A stretch of 64,000 nt of DNA, from NCBI GenBank assembly GCA_031275815.1, contig JAISOF010000024.1:10254-74253 (forward strand), read 5' to 3'. A program made the position numbers and the translations under genes. The notes beneath the pieces are model-generated. The model had not been told where the DNA came from. It saw only the letters and a list, made by a program, of their open reading frames with translations, and ran no database searches. Positions 9,002 through 20,425 of this stretch are shown here, in pieces (position 1 is the first letter of the stretch; every line of letters starts with the position of its first letter). The stretch is from Candidatus Nomurabacteria bacterium. GTDB lineage: Bacteria > Patescibacteriota > Saccharimonadia > Saccharimonadales > Saccharimonadaceae.

Positions 9002-10036
9002 TCACGTCGTGGTTTTATTTGCTGTGCCATCGATTATTTTTCCAATGGATTTCAACCCGTCCAAATAAGCCCGCTCGACGCCGTCCATGGTTTTGACTTG
9101 GTATTTGCGGTATTCTTGTTCGGCTTTTTTGATGGCTTTTTGGTGGCTGATTTTACCAGCGTCCAGCAATTTGCCTTTGCCATAATTCACCGTGAACTTG
9201 TCCAGCTCTTCGACCCAATCACGCATTTTCATCTCGGCATGCGACCGTGCCTTGACCTCCGCCAAATCAAAAAACGCCGAAACCAAACGGTTTAGCCGAA
9301 ACAGCTCATCTTCGGTCAAATAATTCTTAGCAATTCTGACTTCGTCAAGTTCCGGCAAATCACCCCGAAAAACTGTCAAGCCCATAAAATCCTTCTCGGC
9401 GTCCGCTCGATTAAAAACAATCTCCGCCGCCGTCTGCTTACTGACAGCATAATGCAGTTTATTTTGCACCAGCTTGAAAAACTTAATCGACTCTTCGGAT
9501 TTCGGATTGTAGTCGACACTGAGAGCATACAAATCCAAAACTTGCCGATAGAGTGCTTTCTCGCTCGAACGAATATCACGAATCCTATCAAGCAATTCTT
9601 TCCAATAATTCCCACCGCCGTTGCCTTTCAGCCGCTCGTCGTCCATCGTGAAACCTTTGACAATATATTCATGCAACCGAGCCGTCGCCCACTGGCGGAA
9701 TTTGGTGGCAATTTGGCTGTTGATACGATAGCCGAGCGAAATTATCATATCAAGATTATAATGTTCGATTTGGCGGGAAACCTGACGTTTCCCCTCTGTT
9801 TGAACTGTTCGGATTTTCCGAACAGTTGCGCTTTCGTCCAGTTCGCCGTCGGCAAAAATATTCTTAATATGCTCGCTCACATTCGCCTTGCTCGAATCGT
9901 ATAGCTCGACCAACTGCGCCTGCGTCAACCACACCGAATCCCCCTCAATCTTCACGTCCACCTTCGCCACGCCGCCGTCCTGATAAATAACGATTTCGGG
10001 GTGGTTCTCGGCCGGATATGGTTCTGCTTTGCTCAT
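9002..10036 (-). CDS. RhuM-family protein
   Basis: 344-aa ORF. VWLTQAQLVELYDSSKANVSEHIKNIF...RQVSRQIEHYNLDMIISLGYRINS is typical of RhuM. Confidence 0.7.
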   Translation of the reverse strand: MSKAEPYPAENHPEIVIYQDGGVAKVDVKIEGDSVWLTQAQLVELYDSSKANVSEHIKNIFADGELDESATVRKIRTVQTEGKRQVSRQIEHYNLDMIISLGYRINSQIATKFRQWATARLHEYIVKGFTMDDERLKGNGGGNYWKELLDRIRDIRSSEKALYRQVLDLYALSVDYNPKSEESIKFFKLVQNKLHYAVSKQTAAEIVFNRADAEKDFMGLTVFRGDLPELDEVRIAKNYLTEDELFRLNRLVSAFFDLAEVKARSHAEMKMRDWVEELDKFTVNYGKGKLLDAGKISHQKAIKKAEQEYRKYQVKTMDGVERAYLDGLKSIGKIIDGTANKTTT

Positions 10037-10078
10037 ATTTTATTTGCTTCTTTCACTTATTAGTATATCATAAAAACC

Positions 10079-12748
<2,670 letters not shown>

Positions 12749-12757
12749 ATCATAACC

Positions 12758-12763
12758 ATTTTA
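12758..12763 (-). promoter_or_regulatory. Extended -10 (TGaTAAAAT), 9 nt upstream of ATG 12748
   Basis: The minus strand reads TTGCATttccacaaaatgTGaTAAAATggttatgatATG. There is no SD. Confidence 0.4.
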
Positions 12764-12825
12764 TCACATTTTGTGGAAATGCAAACATAGTTTTGGGGTT
12801 GGGGGTTGGTTTTGTTGAGCAAACA

Positions 12826-12956
12826 GGGACGGTTCTCGCTATCAGTAGAGGGGGACAGTTCTTATGAGCGAAAAAACAATATATTAACAGATAAAAAATG
12901 TTTTCTATAAAATGTATTAGAGAACTGTTCCCGAACAGAGTAGGAGAACCGTCCCC
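12826..12956. repeat. Nested inverted-repeat element (GGGACGGTTCTC family), copy X1
   Basis: The outer pair is GGGACGGTTCTC (12826) with GAGAACCGTCCCC (12944). The inner pair is GGGGACAGTTCT (12851) with AGAACTGTTCCC (12921). The core is AT-rich. Confidence 0.7.
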
Positions 12957-13112
12957 ATTTTACTATTTTACAAATTAATATAATTGTTTTTTGTAGTCTA
13001 GCCCGTACGTGCATATTAAAAAATTTCTATAAAAATAAGCTTTATATTATGCATTATTCTTGGCGATATCTCCGGATACTAATTTATCTAATACCATCAA
13101 TAAACTTGGTGT

Positions 13113-14693
13113 CTATCGTCGACGTTTCAATGAATTTATTATATGCCGCAGCCATAACAATAAACGAGATTTTGACATCCATCTATACAATTTTTCGTGT
13201 TTTTCGGCAGTCTCTGGGTTACGAACTCCTTGCTTAATTTTGGATTCCGAGTGTTCTTGTTTCGGTCTTGTTGGCGCTTTAATCTCCGGCATAGCGAAGT
13301 ATTCTTTGACAATATCAATCTTCTCGTCATAATCACCCAATTCAGTTCCCGATTTTTTATGCCCATGCTCATCGAAATAGCCTTTTTTGCATTGTCGTCT
13401 GACACCGGATGAGTTTTCTATATATTTATCCCTTATATCATTTTTTGCCCATTGAATAATCTTATAGTTTGGATAGTCACTTTCTAATGATTTCCTTAAT
13501 CTAGTTTCGCCATCGCCATAGTCAATTAAGATAGCTGCTCGTCGAACCCCAATATCGTGTGCAAGTTTCAGTGATATATCAAAATTAGAATACCCTCCCA
13601 CGCCATACCCAAACAATGTAACGTTATCTGGTATCGCATTGTCAGAGCGAAGGAGCCCGACATCCTCTTGCCCCTCCACAAATAAAATGTCGTCGCAGAA
13701 AAATACCTCTTTTGCAATTTCATCCATCATGAATGGTTTTTGCCAATTATTGCCAGCATTTATCAGTTTCTCGTATTCCGAGGAAGCTTTAAGTGTATGG
13801 ATTTTTGCTTCATTGTCATTGTATTTTGTTACCTTATTCAATACAGCGCCATTTCTTATATATTCCCATACGACAAAATACGGTTCGTGGGTAGATATAA
13901 TTATTTGTTGCTTTTTAGCTTTTTCGGCAAGTAGTTTCACTAATCGCTTTTGGGCTAGTGGATGCAGACTTAGTTCCGGCTCGTCAATAACCAGAGGGAT
14001 ATTAGTGTATTGAATTAAATGACCCACTATGCGCAATATAGATATAACACCATCACCCAGAAAATCTGCACGATGTTTTATTGAGCCATTAGTGACATAT
14101 TCAACATATTCATAATCGTCGTTGGCTATAGCGAAAGATGTGAAATCTGGCAAGACTTGCTTAACTAAATTTATAAATTCATTGTATTTTGCTTGATCTT
14201 TTTCAATAGTTTGTAACAGCCCAGAAACTTCCACATCAGAATAATATGATCCACTATTTTCTATGCGACGTAATGAGTTACGTTGCGCACCTCTAAGTAG
14301 CTCGTTAGGGTCTCTATCCTTATTATTCACTCTTGCGTTCCAATGCCGCCTAGATGGAATAAACAAGGGATATTCTGAGTCATCTAACCTGTATGTGTCT
14401 GTCGCTATTAGTGTGTATGACGCTTCTCTAATAGGGCAGAGCTTACTTTTTATACAATCGTCATCACCAAAAATAGTAAACTCTGATGTTGAGTCATGGC
14501 TATATTCACTAGATCGTAAAGTGTCACCATTATGCTTCTGAAGCGCTTCCAAAAGGCTGGTTTTGCCAGAATTATTTTCCCCAACTATATAGGTAAGCCC
14601 TGAACCTAGCTCCCCGTTGGGGATAGCCAGCTTTAGCTCTTGTCGGGTTTTGAAGCTACGAAAATTTTGAAGTGTAAATTTGCTAAATTTCAT
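13113..14693 (-). CDS. OLD-family nuclease (N-terminal AAA/ABC-type ATPase plus C-terminal Toprim)
   Basis: Walker A is VGENNSGKTSLLEAL and Walker B is LVIDEPELSLHP. The Toprim-like region has FVEGQEDVGLL and ILIDYGDGE. I chose the start at MKFSKFTLQNFRSF (14693), which has a GGTGA SD. Confidence 0.7.
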   Translation of the reverse strand: MKFSKFTLQNFRSFKTRQELKLAIPNGELGSGLTYIVGENNSGKTSLLEALQKHNGDTLRSSEYSHDSTSEFTIFGDDDCIKSKLCPIREASYTLIATDTYRLDDSEYPLFIPSRRHWNARVNNKDRDPNELLRGAQRNSLRRIENSGSYYSDVEVSGLLQTIEKDQAKYNEFINLVKQVLPDFTSFAIANDDYEYVEYVTNGSIKHRADFLGDGVISILRIVGHLIQYTNIPLVIDEPELSLHPLAQKRLVKLLAEKAKKQQIIISTHEPYFVVWEYIRNGAVLNKVTKYNDNEAKIHTLKASSEYEKLINAGNNWQKPFMMDEIAKEVFFCDDILFVEGQEDVGLLRSDNAIPDNVTLFGYGVGGYSNFDISLKLAHDIGVRRAAILIDYGDGETRLRKSLESDYPNYKIIQWAKNDIRDKYIENSSGVRRQCKKGYFDEHGHKKSGTELGDYDEKIDIVKEYFAMPEIKAPTRPKQEHSESKIKQGVRNPETAEKHEKLYRWMSKSRLLLWLRHIINSLKRRR

Positions 14694-14793
14694 ATTTAAT
14701 TCACCAATCCTTTCTCGGTCGTACCCAAATAATTGTATCATAACTAGTCGGTTTTACGTAAAATCTTACCTTAGGAAGGTCTTGTCACATAAT

Positions 14794-14837
14794 CCCCCCC
14801 CCCCAAAAAAAACCAAAAACCAAAATAACCCCCCCCC
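14794..14837. repeat. Homopolymer cluster C11-A8-(N16)-C9
   Basis: C11 is at 14794-14804, A8 at 14805-14812 and C9 at 14829-14837. The cluster lies between the IS5 relic stop and the OLD gene start. Confidence 0.9.
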
Positions 14838-14849
14838 ACCCCCTCCCCA

Positions 14850-15221
14850 CTACCCCGCATACTCTGGTAACCCCATCCGGTTATACCTATTAACCAAACT
14901 AGCCCTAATGCACTGTTCCGTATATTGCGATTCGACTGTTCTGGACCTTAGTTTGTCCCCAAAGATGGTCTTTAGCCTGTAAAAAGTATTTTCTACGATG
15001 TTTCTTCTGTGGTAGCCCACTTCTTGTTTCCACTTCTTTAAACCAATCTCGCTAATTCTCGTAACGACGTTATTACGCTCTTCCCAGCCAGGAGTGTCTT
15101 TAATACCTACTCTCCTGCCACCCGTAACTCTAATGGTAGCGTTCTTGGGGGGTGGGGCAATGAAGTAGAGCCACTCGTTTTCGGCATAGTGATAGAACTC
15201 ATTCTGTTGCGGGTCGGAACG
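14850..15221 (-). pseudogene. IS5-family DDE transposase, C-terminal fragment (5'-truncated relic)
   Basis: My minus-strand translation is ...NEFYHYAENEWLYFIAPPPKNATIRV...YHRRNIVENTFYRLKTIFGDKLRSRTVESQYTEQCIRASLVNRYNRMGLP*. The Y-x-R-x-x-VE-x-x-F-x-x-LK-x-x-FG-x-x-LRSR pattern is typical of IS5. An in-frame TAG lies immediately upstream and there is no start codon. Confidence 0.65.
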
Positions 15222-15257
15222 CTAAGAAAAATCTGTTGCGGGTCGGAACGCTAAGAA
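15204..15257 (+). repeat. Two tandem copies of the 25-bp repeat CTGTTGCGGGTCGGAACGCTAAGAA
   Basis: The copies are at 15204-15228 and 15233-15257. A third copy is at 16866-16890. Confidence 0.9.
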
Positions 15258-15340
15258 ACGCCAAGAAATTCAGATTAGCTCCTACAAACTTTATTGTGTT
15301 TATGTTACAATAGAAATATATAAACAAGGAGAATCGGACT

Positions 15341-16804
15341 ATGGAAAACAACAAACCAATCGCTAAGGAGGGGGAGTTGGCTGCTCCGCCGGCTTCGTTT
15401 GTTCATAAGATAAAGGTTTTGCCGCTTTGGATGAAATTGTTGGTCTTGTTGGGGGTATTGACGTTACTATCGCTAATCGCGGCGACAGCAATTTTCATTT
15501 TTATTATTATTGCAAAAAACGACATGTTGCGCAATAACAACTCTGGTGTCGACAGTAAATACACAGCAATGAATGCACGAGAAGTCCTGGAGGATGTCAA
15601 CAGAGACCTTACCATTGCACCGGCGACGGAGATTTTGGAGTACCAACGTGGTGCCAAAAATCAACCAAATATCGCGTACAAGCTAGAGGATGATAACTTT
15701 AGTACTTTGCCAGACGCGTCTTACGGTGAATTGTTTAACAGCGATGCTACGACTAGCACCGAAAGTGTAGTAGAGGCCGCCAACGCATATTTCGTGGATA
15801 ACGGTTGGACGGAAAAGATTTTTCCATCGACCGCCGAGATGGAAAAATTGCAAGACCATCATTATTACGTACTGAGCAATTTGTTTGTCTGTGCCTATTC
15901 CTCACCAGATGGCACCAGCATTGCGCTAGAATGTGCTACTTTGGCAGATTTCGAGAGCTCCCAAAATGAAGCTAAGGATTATTACAGCGCTTACAAGCAA
16001 TTTGCGGAAACTTATGATGGCGCGATTAAAGAAAATCCAGTTGTGCTTTCAGTGAAGAAAGGCTCCGCTGCCCTGCCTGGTTATGGCAATAAACAAGAGG
16101 GAACTGCCGTCGTGGATGGATTTGATTACGCGATGCTTAGCCTTAGCGAAATAACGGCTATGAGCGATGCGGATGCGGTTTATTACTATCGCCCTGTGGA
16201 TACCGATTGGCGAGCTTATACGATTGAAAAGCTAGCGGATGCTAATCAAGATTATCCGATGTGCAGCAGTCTTAACCTTGACTCTGACCTGACTGCGCGG
16301 GAGGCAATGGCAAAAACGCTCTGTTATATTGGCAATAACAGTACGGAGGTTATAGATTGGAATGACTATTGGCAGAATGACAAATGTGCAGACAAGGTCG
16401 TGTGTTATGATTTGGGCAAACGACGACCAACGGAGCTATGTGGTAGTACTTTTTATGCGACGTTTGATGAAAACGGCGAGGTATTGACGTGTATTAGCGT
16501 TGAAGAGGTGCAGCAGGCAGTGGACGAAGGGCTTTATCAAGAGGTTGGTGACGCCATTGCCATGGATCTGATGCCCGATGCGCCAGAGGAAAGCAAGTGC
16601 CCTGCGGGATACTACGCGATAGGCCGGATGGCTGGTGACCAAGTCAGCTTTTATGCCTGTGTTAACCGTAAAGACAACACCGTGTATCTGCAGGGTTCGT
16701 GCCCCGACAGCCACCCCATTGAAGCTACTATGCCGGATGGCTCAAAAAATTGCTACTATGAGGGCTACTCGCCGCGACCAGAACCCCCATCGTTCTTGTA
16801 TTAG
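15341..16804 (+). CDS. Hypothetical membrane-anchored, Cys-rich extracellular protein
   Basis: 487-aa ORF with an AAGGAG SD 9 nt upstream. There is one N-terminal TM segment (LWMKLLVLLGVLTLLSLIAATAIFIFIII) and many Cys residues. I recognise no family. Confidence 0.6.
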   Translation: MENNKPIAKEGELAAPPASFVHKIKVLPLWMKLLVLLGVLTLLSLIAATAIFIFIIIAKNDMLRNNNSGVDSKYTAMNAREVLEDVNRDLTIAPATEILEYQRGAKNQPNIAYKLEDDNFSTLPDASYGELFNSDATTSTESVVEAANAYFVDNGWTEKIFPSTAEMEKLQDHHYYVLSNLFVCAYSSPDGTSIALECATLADFESSQNEAKDYYSAYKQFAETYDGAIKENPVVLSVKKGSAALPGYGNKQEGTAVVDGFDYAMLSLSEITAMSDADAVYYYRPVDTDWRAYTIEKLADANQDYPMCSSLNLDSDLTAREAMAKTLCYIGNNSTEVIDWNDYWQNDKCADKVVCYDLGKRRPTELCGSTFYATFDENGEVLTCISVEEVQQAVDEGLYQEVGDAIAMDLMPDAPEESKCPAGYYAIGRMAGDQVSFYACVNRKDNTVYLQGSCPDSHPIEATMPDGSKNCYYEGYSPRPEPPSFLY

Positions 16805-16816
16805 TTAAAAAGCGGG

Positions 16817-16833
16817 GCGGTCACCTCGACCGC
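16817..16833 (+). terminator. Possible intrinsic terminator hairpin
   Basis: GCGGTC-acctc-GACCGC followed by tctcttggtt. Confidence 0.3.
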
Positions 16834-16865
16834 TCTCTTGGTTGCATCTTGATCTCAGCTCATAT

Positions 16866-16890
16866 CTGTTGCGGGTCGGAACGCTAAGAA
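16866..16890 (+). repeat. Third copy of the 25-bp repeat CTGTTGCGGGTCGGAACGCTAAGAA
   Basis: Identical to the copies at 15204 and 15233. Confidence 0.9.
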
Positions 16891-17067
16891 TTCGCTAAGA
16901 ATTTTTGCTCAATTCTCGGCAGTTAGTGAAATATTTTTGGGCTATTTCCCCATTGGGGTCTTGTAGCTCTTCATAACAAAGTTTTTTGCGAAATACTTCC
17001 TGATTATGCTACAACATAAATCATAAAATTACACGACCACTAAGAAAAGTCCAAAAAACCGCCAAAA

Positions 17068-17226
17068 ATTTGCATTGTTGCATAATTATCGCCCCTGTCA
17101 AAGAGGCTTTGCTGTTCGCCGAGTGCAGCCAAATCGGTTAAGGCTGAAGGGTGTGGGGTGCCCACACCCTAACCGATTTGACGCGAAACGTGCTCTTTGA
17201 CGGGGTGATAATTATGCAACAATACC
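17068..17226. mobile_element. 159-bp palindromic MITE-like element, copy 1
   Basis: The termini are TTGTTGCATAATTATC...GATAATTATGCAACAA, with an inner palindrome AAATCGGTTAAGG...CCTAACCGATTT. It is the reverse complement of 30143-30301 with only a few mismatches. Confidence 0.75.
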
Positions 17227-17428
17227 CCAAAAATTCTCTATTTTCCAACCTGTTAAAATCGAAATCGGCATTTTTCTCCAGAGATTGAGGAGTATCTGAA
17301 AATTAGTCCTTGAAAATTCCTTGAAAATTCAGTTATTCTAATTCTATCAATCTGATTAGATTGGGTCTGCCACTGGTGTTCTTTCAGTCAGCGGTTCTTC
17401 TTGGCACACTCTGTTGTCGACTCCCAAT

Positions 17429-18682
17429 TCAAAGATTGACATCGGATTCACCCTGATTTTCCACTGTTTTTTGAAACGAGCGGACAGTCTCCGTTGCACT
17501 GCCTTTACGAAGCCTTTGTTCTTGCTCATATATATATGAATGGACCTTCATTAGAGGAACATGGAAAAAACTGGCTGCACGTAAAGCTGCTTTCTGGATG
17601 TGTTCTGGCGCATTATTATTAATCATAATATAGTCTGGCATAATCGGTCTACCGGTTTCTGTTTCATATCTGGATAAGATAACTTCATTATAACCATAAA
17701 CATCTACTATGCTATTCAGTAAGGCGTCGGGGTCTTGCTGCGTAAGCCGACTGTCACGTCTGGTAGAAAACGTGCTAGCGTCCCTTGGGGCAACACCCAG
17801 TAAATCACCGTTATTGATGTGAGAAAATGCATACATTATTGGAGGGACTCTTATAGACAATTCACCACCGAGCCAGAAAAGATTATAATCGCTATCAATG
17901 TATGTAGTACATAAATAGTCATGCCTCCCTCCAAGAATAGGTCTCTTGCCACCGAACCTAAAAGTGTACTCTTCGTCATGCATTGTTAGCCATAAACTTG
18001 GGTCTACATAAAGGGCAGTAGCAGCAATGCTGTCCATTTCACGATGCGGCATGCCTATTGTATCAATATCCTGCAAATTCTTAACAGCGGGCAGGTATTT
18101 ATGATCATCCAAAATTCTATACAGCGTATTGTGGGCTAAAGTTTTGAATTTTAACCCTGTCAGGTCGTAAACTGTAACTTTTTCGCCATCGTCGGTTAAT
18201 ATTTCACCTTGACTGATGCCTGGCGTGTTTTGTTCTGCATTTTGTTTAAAATATTCGGCGGTGGAAAGCACGTCGTTAAATTTTTTCTCAACTTCTGGAA
18301 AACGGAGTTGTTGATTTTCGTACAATTCTTCTTTGAAAAAAGCCTCGTTTCTCTCTTCTTGCTCTTTCCTCTCAATTTCAATTTGATGCACTCGCTCTTC
18401 CCTTTCTGCTTCTCGCTCCGCTGACTCTATCTCGAACTTCCTATGATTGAGCTCTGCAGTTGCCTCAACGCCATATATGCTATACAAATATTGCTCCCAC
18501 CGTTTTTGGGCCTTTTCCTTCCGAAAAGTTTCTTTTCTCCGATAGGTGGGCGAGATGGTTTTAATAGTATGGATGATTTTTTTGCCAATTTTCTCTCTTC
18601 TTTTTAGTAACTCCCTTGTGTATGACTCAATATCGCTCTCGTCTTCACCCAATATCGATGGATAATAACCTATGGCAACCAT
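17429..18682 (-). CDS. Hypothetical protein (Glu/Arg-rich coiled-coil N-terminus, unknown C-terminal domain)
   Basis: 417-aa ORF. I recognise no motif. Confidence 0.55.
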   Translation of the reverse strand: MVAIGYYPSILGEDESDIESYTRELLKRREKIGKKIIHTIKTISPTYRRKETFRKEKAQKRWEQYLYSIYGVEATAELNHRKFEIESAEREAEREERVHQIEIERKEQEERNEAFFKEELYENQQLRFPEVEKKFNDVLSTAEYFKQNAEQNTPGISQGEILTDDGEKVTVYDLTGLKFKTLAHNTLYRILDDHKYLPAVKNLQDIDTIGMPHREMDSIAATALYVDPSLWLTMHDEEYTFRFGGKRPILGGRHDYLCTTYIDSDYNLFWLGGELSIRVPPIMYAFSHINNGDLLGVAPRDASTFSTRRDSRLTQQDPDALLNSIVDVYGYNEVILSRYETETGRPIMPDYIMINNNAPEHIQKAALRAASFFHVPLMKVHSYIYEQEQRLRKGSATETVRSFQKTVENQGESDVNL

Positions 18683-18935
18683 AGCCTTACGATATTCGTC
18701 TGGGGAGTAAGCTCCTTTGTGCCAGCGCTCCAGTTCGCTTTCTGGAGCTTGCTGAAACTTATCATCAGGAAATGATGATTGTGGTCGGGTGTGATTTTAT
18801 GGTTTACTTGCATAAGGATATTGTAGCACTTTTTGTATTACTTGCACATTTGGATTTCATCTTACAGCGTTGTTGAATAATTATTAACAGTAGTAATGGC
18901 AATAAATTTTACAGCATTAATAAATTCCCTGATAG

Positions 18936-19130
18936 CAAGGTCCGACCCTAACCCACCTACACATTGTATTTTCACCCTGTTAAATAGTCGTGAGCTAAAT
19001 CCTCTTTCGTGCTTAATTTTATCAATAGTGCACAGTACATTAGCACATTAAAAAATAATCGATAAAGGTTTTTTATTTAATTTTACTTCTGTTATTTTTT
19101 AATGTGTAGGTGGGTTGGGGTCGGACCTTG
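18936..19130. repeat. 30-bp inverted repeats (29/30 match) bounding a 135-bp AT-rich segment
   Basis: The left arm is caaggtccgaccctaacccacctacacatt (18936-18965). The right arm is aatgtgtaggtgggttggggtcggaccttg (19101-19130). Confidence 0.9.
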
Positions 19131-19182
19131 CCTATGTATCAGTTAATCTTAATGCGCACCTGCGCTTCTTTCTCGCCAGCCA

Positions 19183-20187
19183 TTACTCACCACCTTTCTT
19201 TACAACATATTTTCGTCCTTTATTCTCACCAATCGCATCAAGAAGTCCCAGTTCAACGAACTTCGCAAGATATTGCTTGACGCTGACATCGGATTTGTTG
19301 GTCAAAAGCCGCGCTCGATAATTTGTAATCTCGCCGTTTTTATCTATAAACCCAGCGATTTGCTCCAAAAACTCCAGTTCCGCTCTGGATAGTTTATCGG
19401 TATCTATATCGGTAAATATATCGGTAATTTTATGAACAGGCAGCTCACTCAGTGCCTGATAAATCGCATCTAGCATAAACTCAATAAACGCACCCGAGTC
19501 GGTTGACCGCTCGGAAGTGCCGAGAGCTTCGTAATAGCCACCCTGATTTTCATAAACTACCGTCTCAATCGGAATCCACGCAAAAATCTCGTTCCATTCG
19601 GACAAGATGAGCGTCTGCCAGAGCCGACCTGTGCGACCGTTCCCGTCCGCAAATGGATGGATAAACTCAATCTCAAAGTGGACAATTGCCGATTTAATCA
19701 GCGGGTGGATATCCGTGTCTTTCGCCCAATTCAACAAGTCCGTGATCAATTTTGGCACGAAATCTTGATGAGCGCCAGCGTGTATCAAATTATCTCCGTT
19801 CCAAACCCCAACACCTTTATTCCTATAATGCCCAGCCGAATCAATCAGCCTGTCGGTCATATATTTGTGGGCTCTCAGCAAGTCATCGACAGAATAGGGA
19901 CTGTATTCAAGCAAATGCTCGTAGGCTTCGTAAGCGTTCTTAACCTCTTGAATCTCGCTTGGTTTGCCAAGTATTCGCTTGCCGTTGATAATATCCGTTA
20001 CCTGCTCGATAGATAAAGTGTTCGCCTCAATTGCAAGAGAAGAGTGAATCGAGCGAATGCGATTAACTTTGCGTAGGTGGAGATTGCGAGCATATTCGCC
20101 CGACCCCTGAAGTTCGCCGACCATCTCGGCAATTTTCGCCACCAAGTCCAACGATTTTGGCGTTACTGTAAAAATTGGTGTTTCCAT
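19183..20187 (-). CDS. Fic/DOC family protein (Fic_N plus Fic core plus C-terminal wHTH-like)
   Basis: The Fic motif is HPFADGNGRTGRL. The N-terminal inhibitory-helix-like segment is SLAIEANTLS. I chose the start at METPIF (20187) because of the TATAAT-N7-ATG arrangement. Confidence 0.8.
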   Translation of the reverse strand: METPIFTVTPKSLDLVAKIAEMVGELQGSGEYARNLHLRKVNRIRSIHSSLAIEANTLSIEQVTDIINGKRILGKPSEIQEVKNAYEAYEHLLEYSPYSVDDLLRAHKYMTDRLIDSAGHYRNKGVGVWNGDNLIHAGAHQDFVPKLITDLLNWAKDTDIHPLIKSAIVHFEIEFIHPFADGNGRTGRLWQTLILSEWNEIFAWIPIETVVYENQGGYYEALGTSERSTDSGAFIEFMLDAIYQALSELPVHKITDIFTDIDTDKLSRAELEFLEQIAGFIDKNGEITNYRARLLTNKSDVSVKQYLAKFVELGLLDAIGENKGRKYVVKKGGE

Positions 20188-20194
20188 ATTCAAC

Positions 20195-20200
20195 ATTATA
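20195..20200 (-). promoter_or_regulatory. -10 box TATAAT, 7 nt upstream of the Fic ATG (leaderless-type)
   Basis: The minus strand reads gaTATAATgttgaatATGgaa. Confidence 0.5.
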
Positions 20201-20389
20201 TCATAGATAAAATGGATGTAGTGTTATGTTACATTTCGAAAAACACGGCTTGAAAAAACTGTATCGGCGGGGCGCAACAGACCTACTAACATTCGTCCGA
20301 AGAGATGACCTTTATGCCGTTTTCTTTGAGCGACGCCGCCGTAACTACCTCGCCGGCGACTTTTTGCCCGCCAAACATGGTTTTAATAT

Positions 20390-20418
20390 TTGACATTTGG
20401 TAACTATTATGCTACTAT
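20390..20418 (+). promoter_or_regulatory. Sigma70-type promoter TTGACA-17-TACTAT, 7 nt upstream of ATG 20426
   Basis: Read directly. The TTG 'start' of track ORF 20390 is in fact the -35 box. Confidence 0.6.
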
Positions 20419-20425
20419 AAGCGCT

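Noticed and set aside
14790-14850. The C/A-rich low-complexity block as a coding proline/lysine repeat (track ORF 14680..14982).
   Set aside because: The frame crosses the OLD gene start region and the IS relic stop. The homopolymers are better interpreted as non-coding.
20286-20396. A 36-aa minus-strand ORF (MSNIKTMFGGQKVAGEVVTAASLKENGIKVISSDEC) upstream of fic, considered as a VbhA-like Fic antitoxin.
   Set aside because: The SLKENG segment does not fit the (S/T)xxxE(G/N) inhibitory motif, being one residue short. The ORF also overlaps the strong divergent promoter, and the Fic protein already has its own N-terminal SLAIEAN helix.
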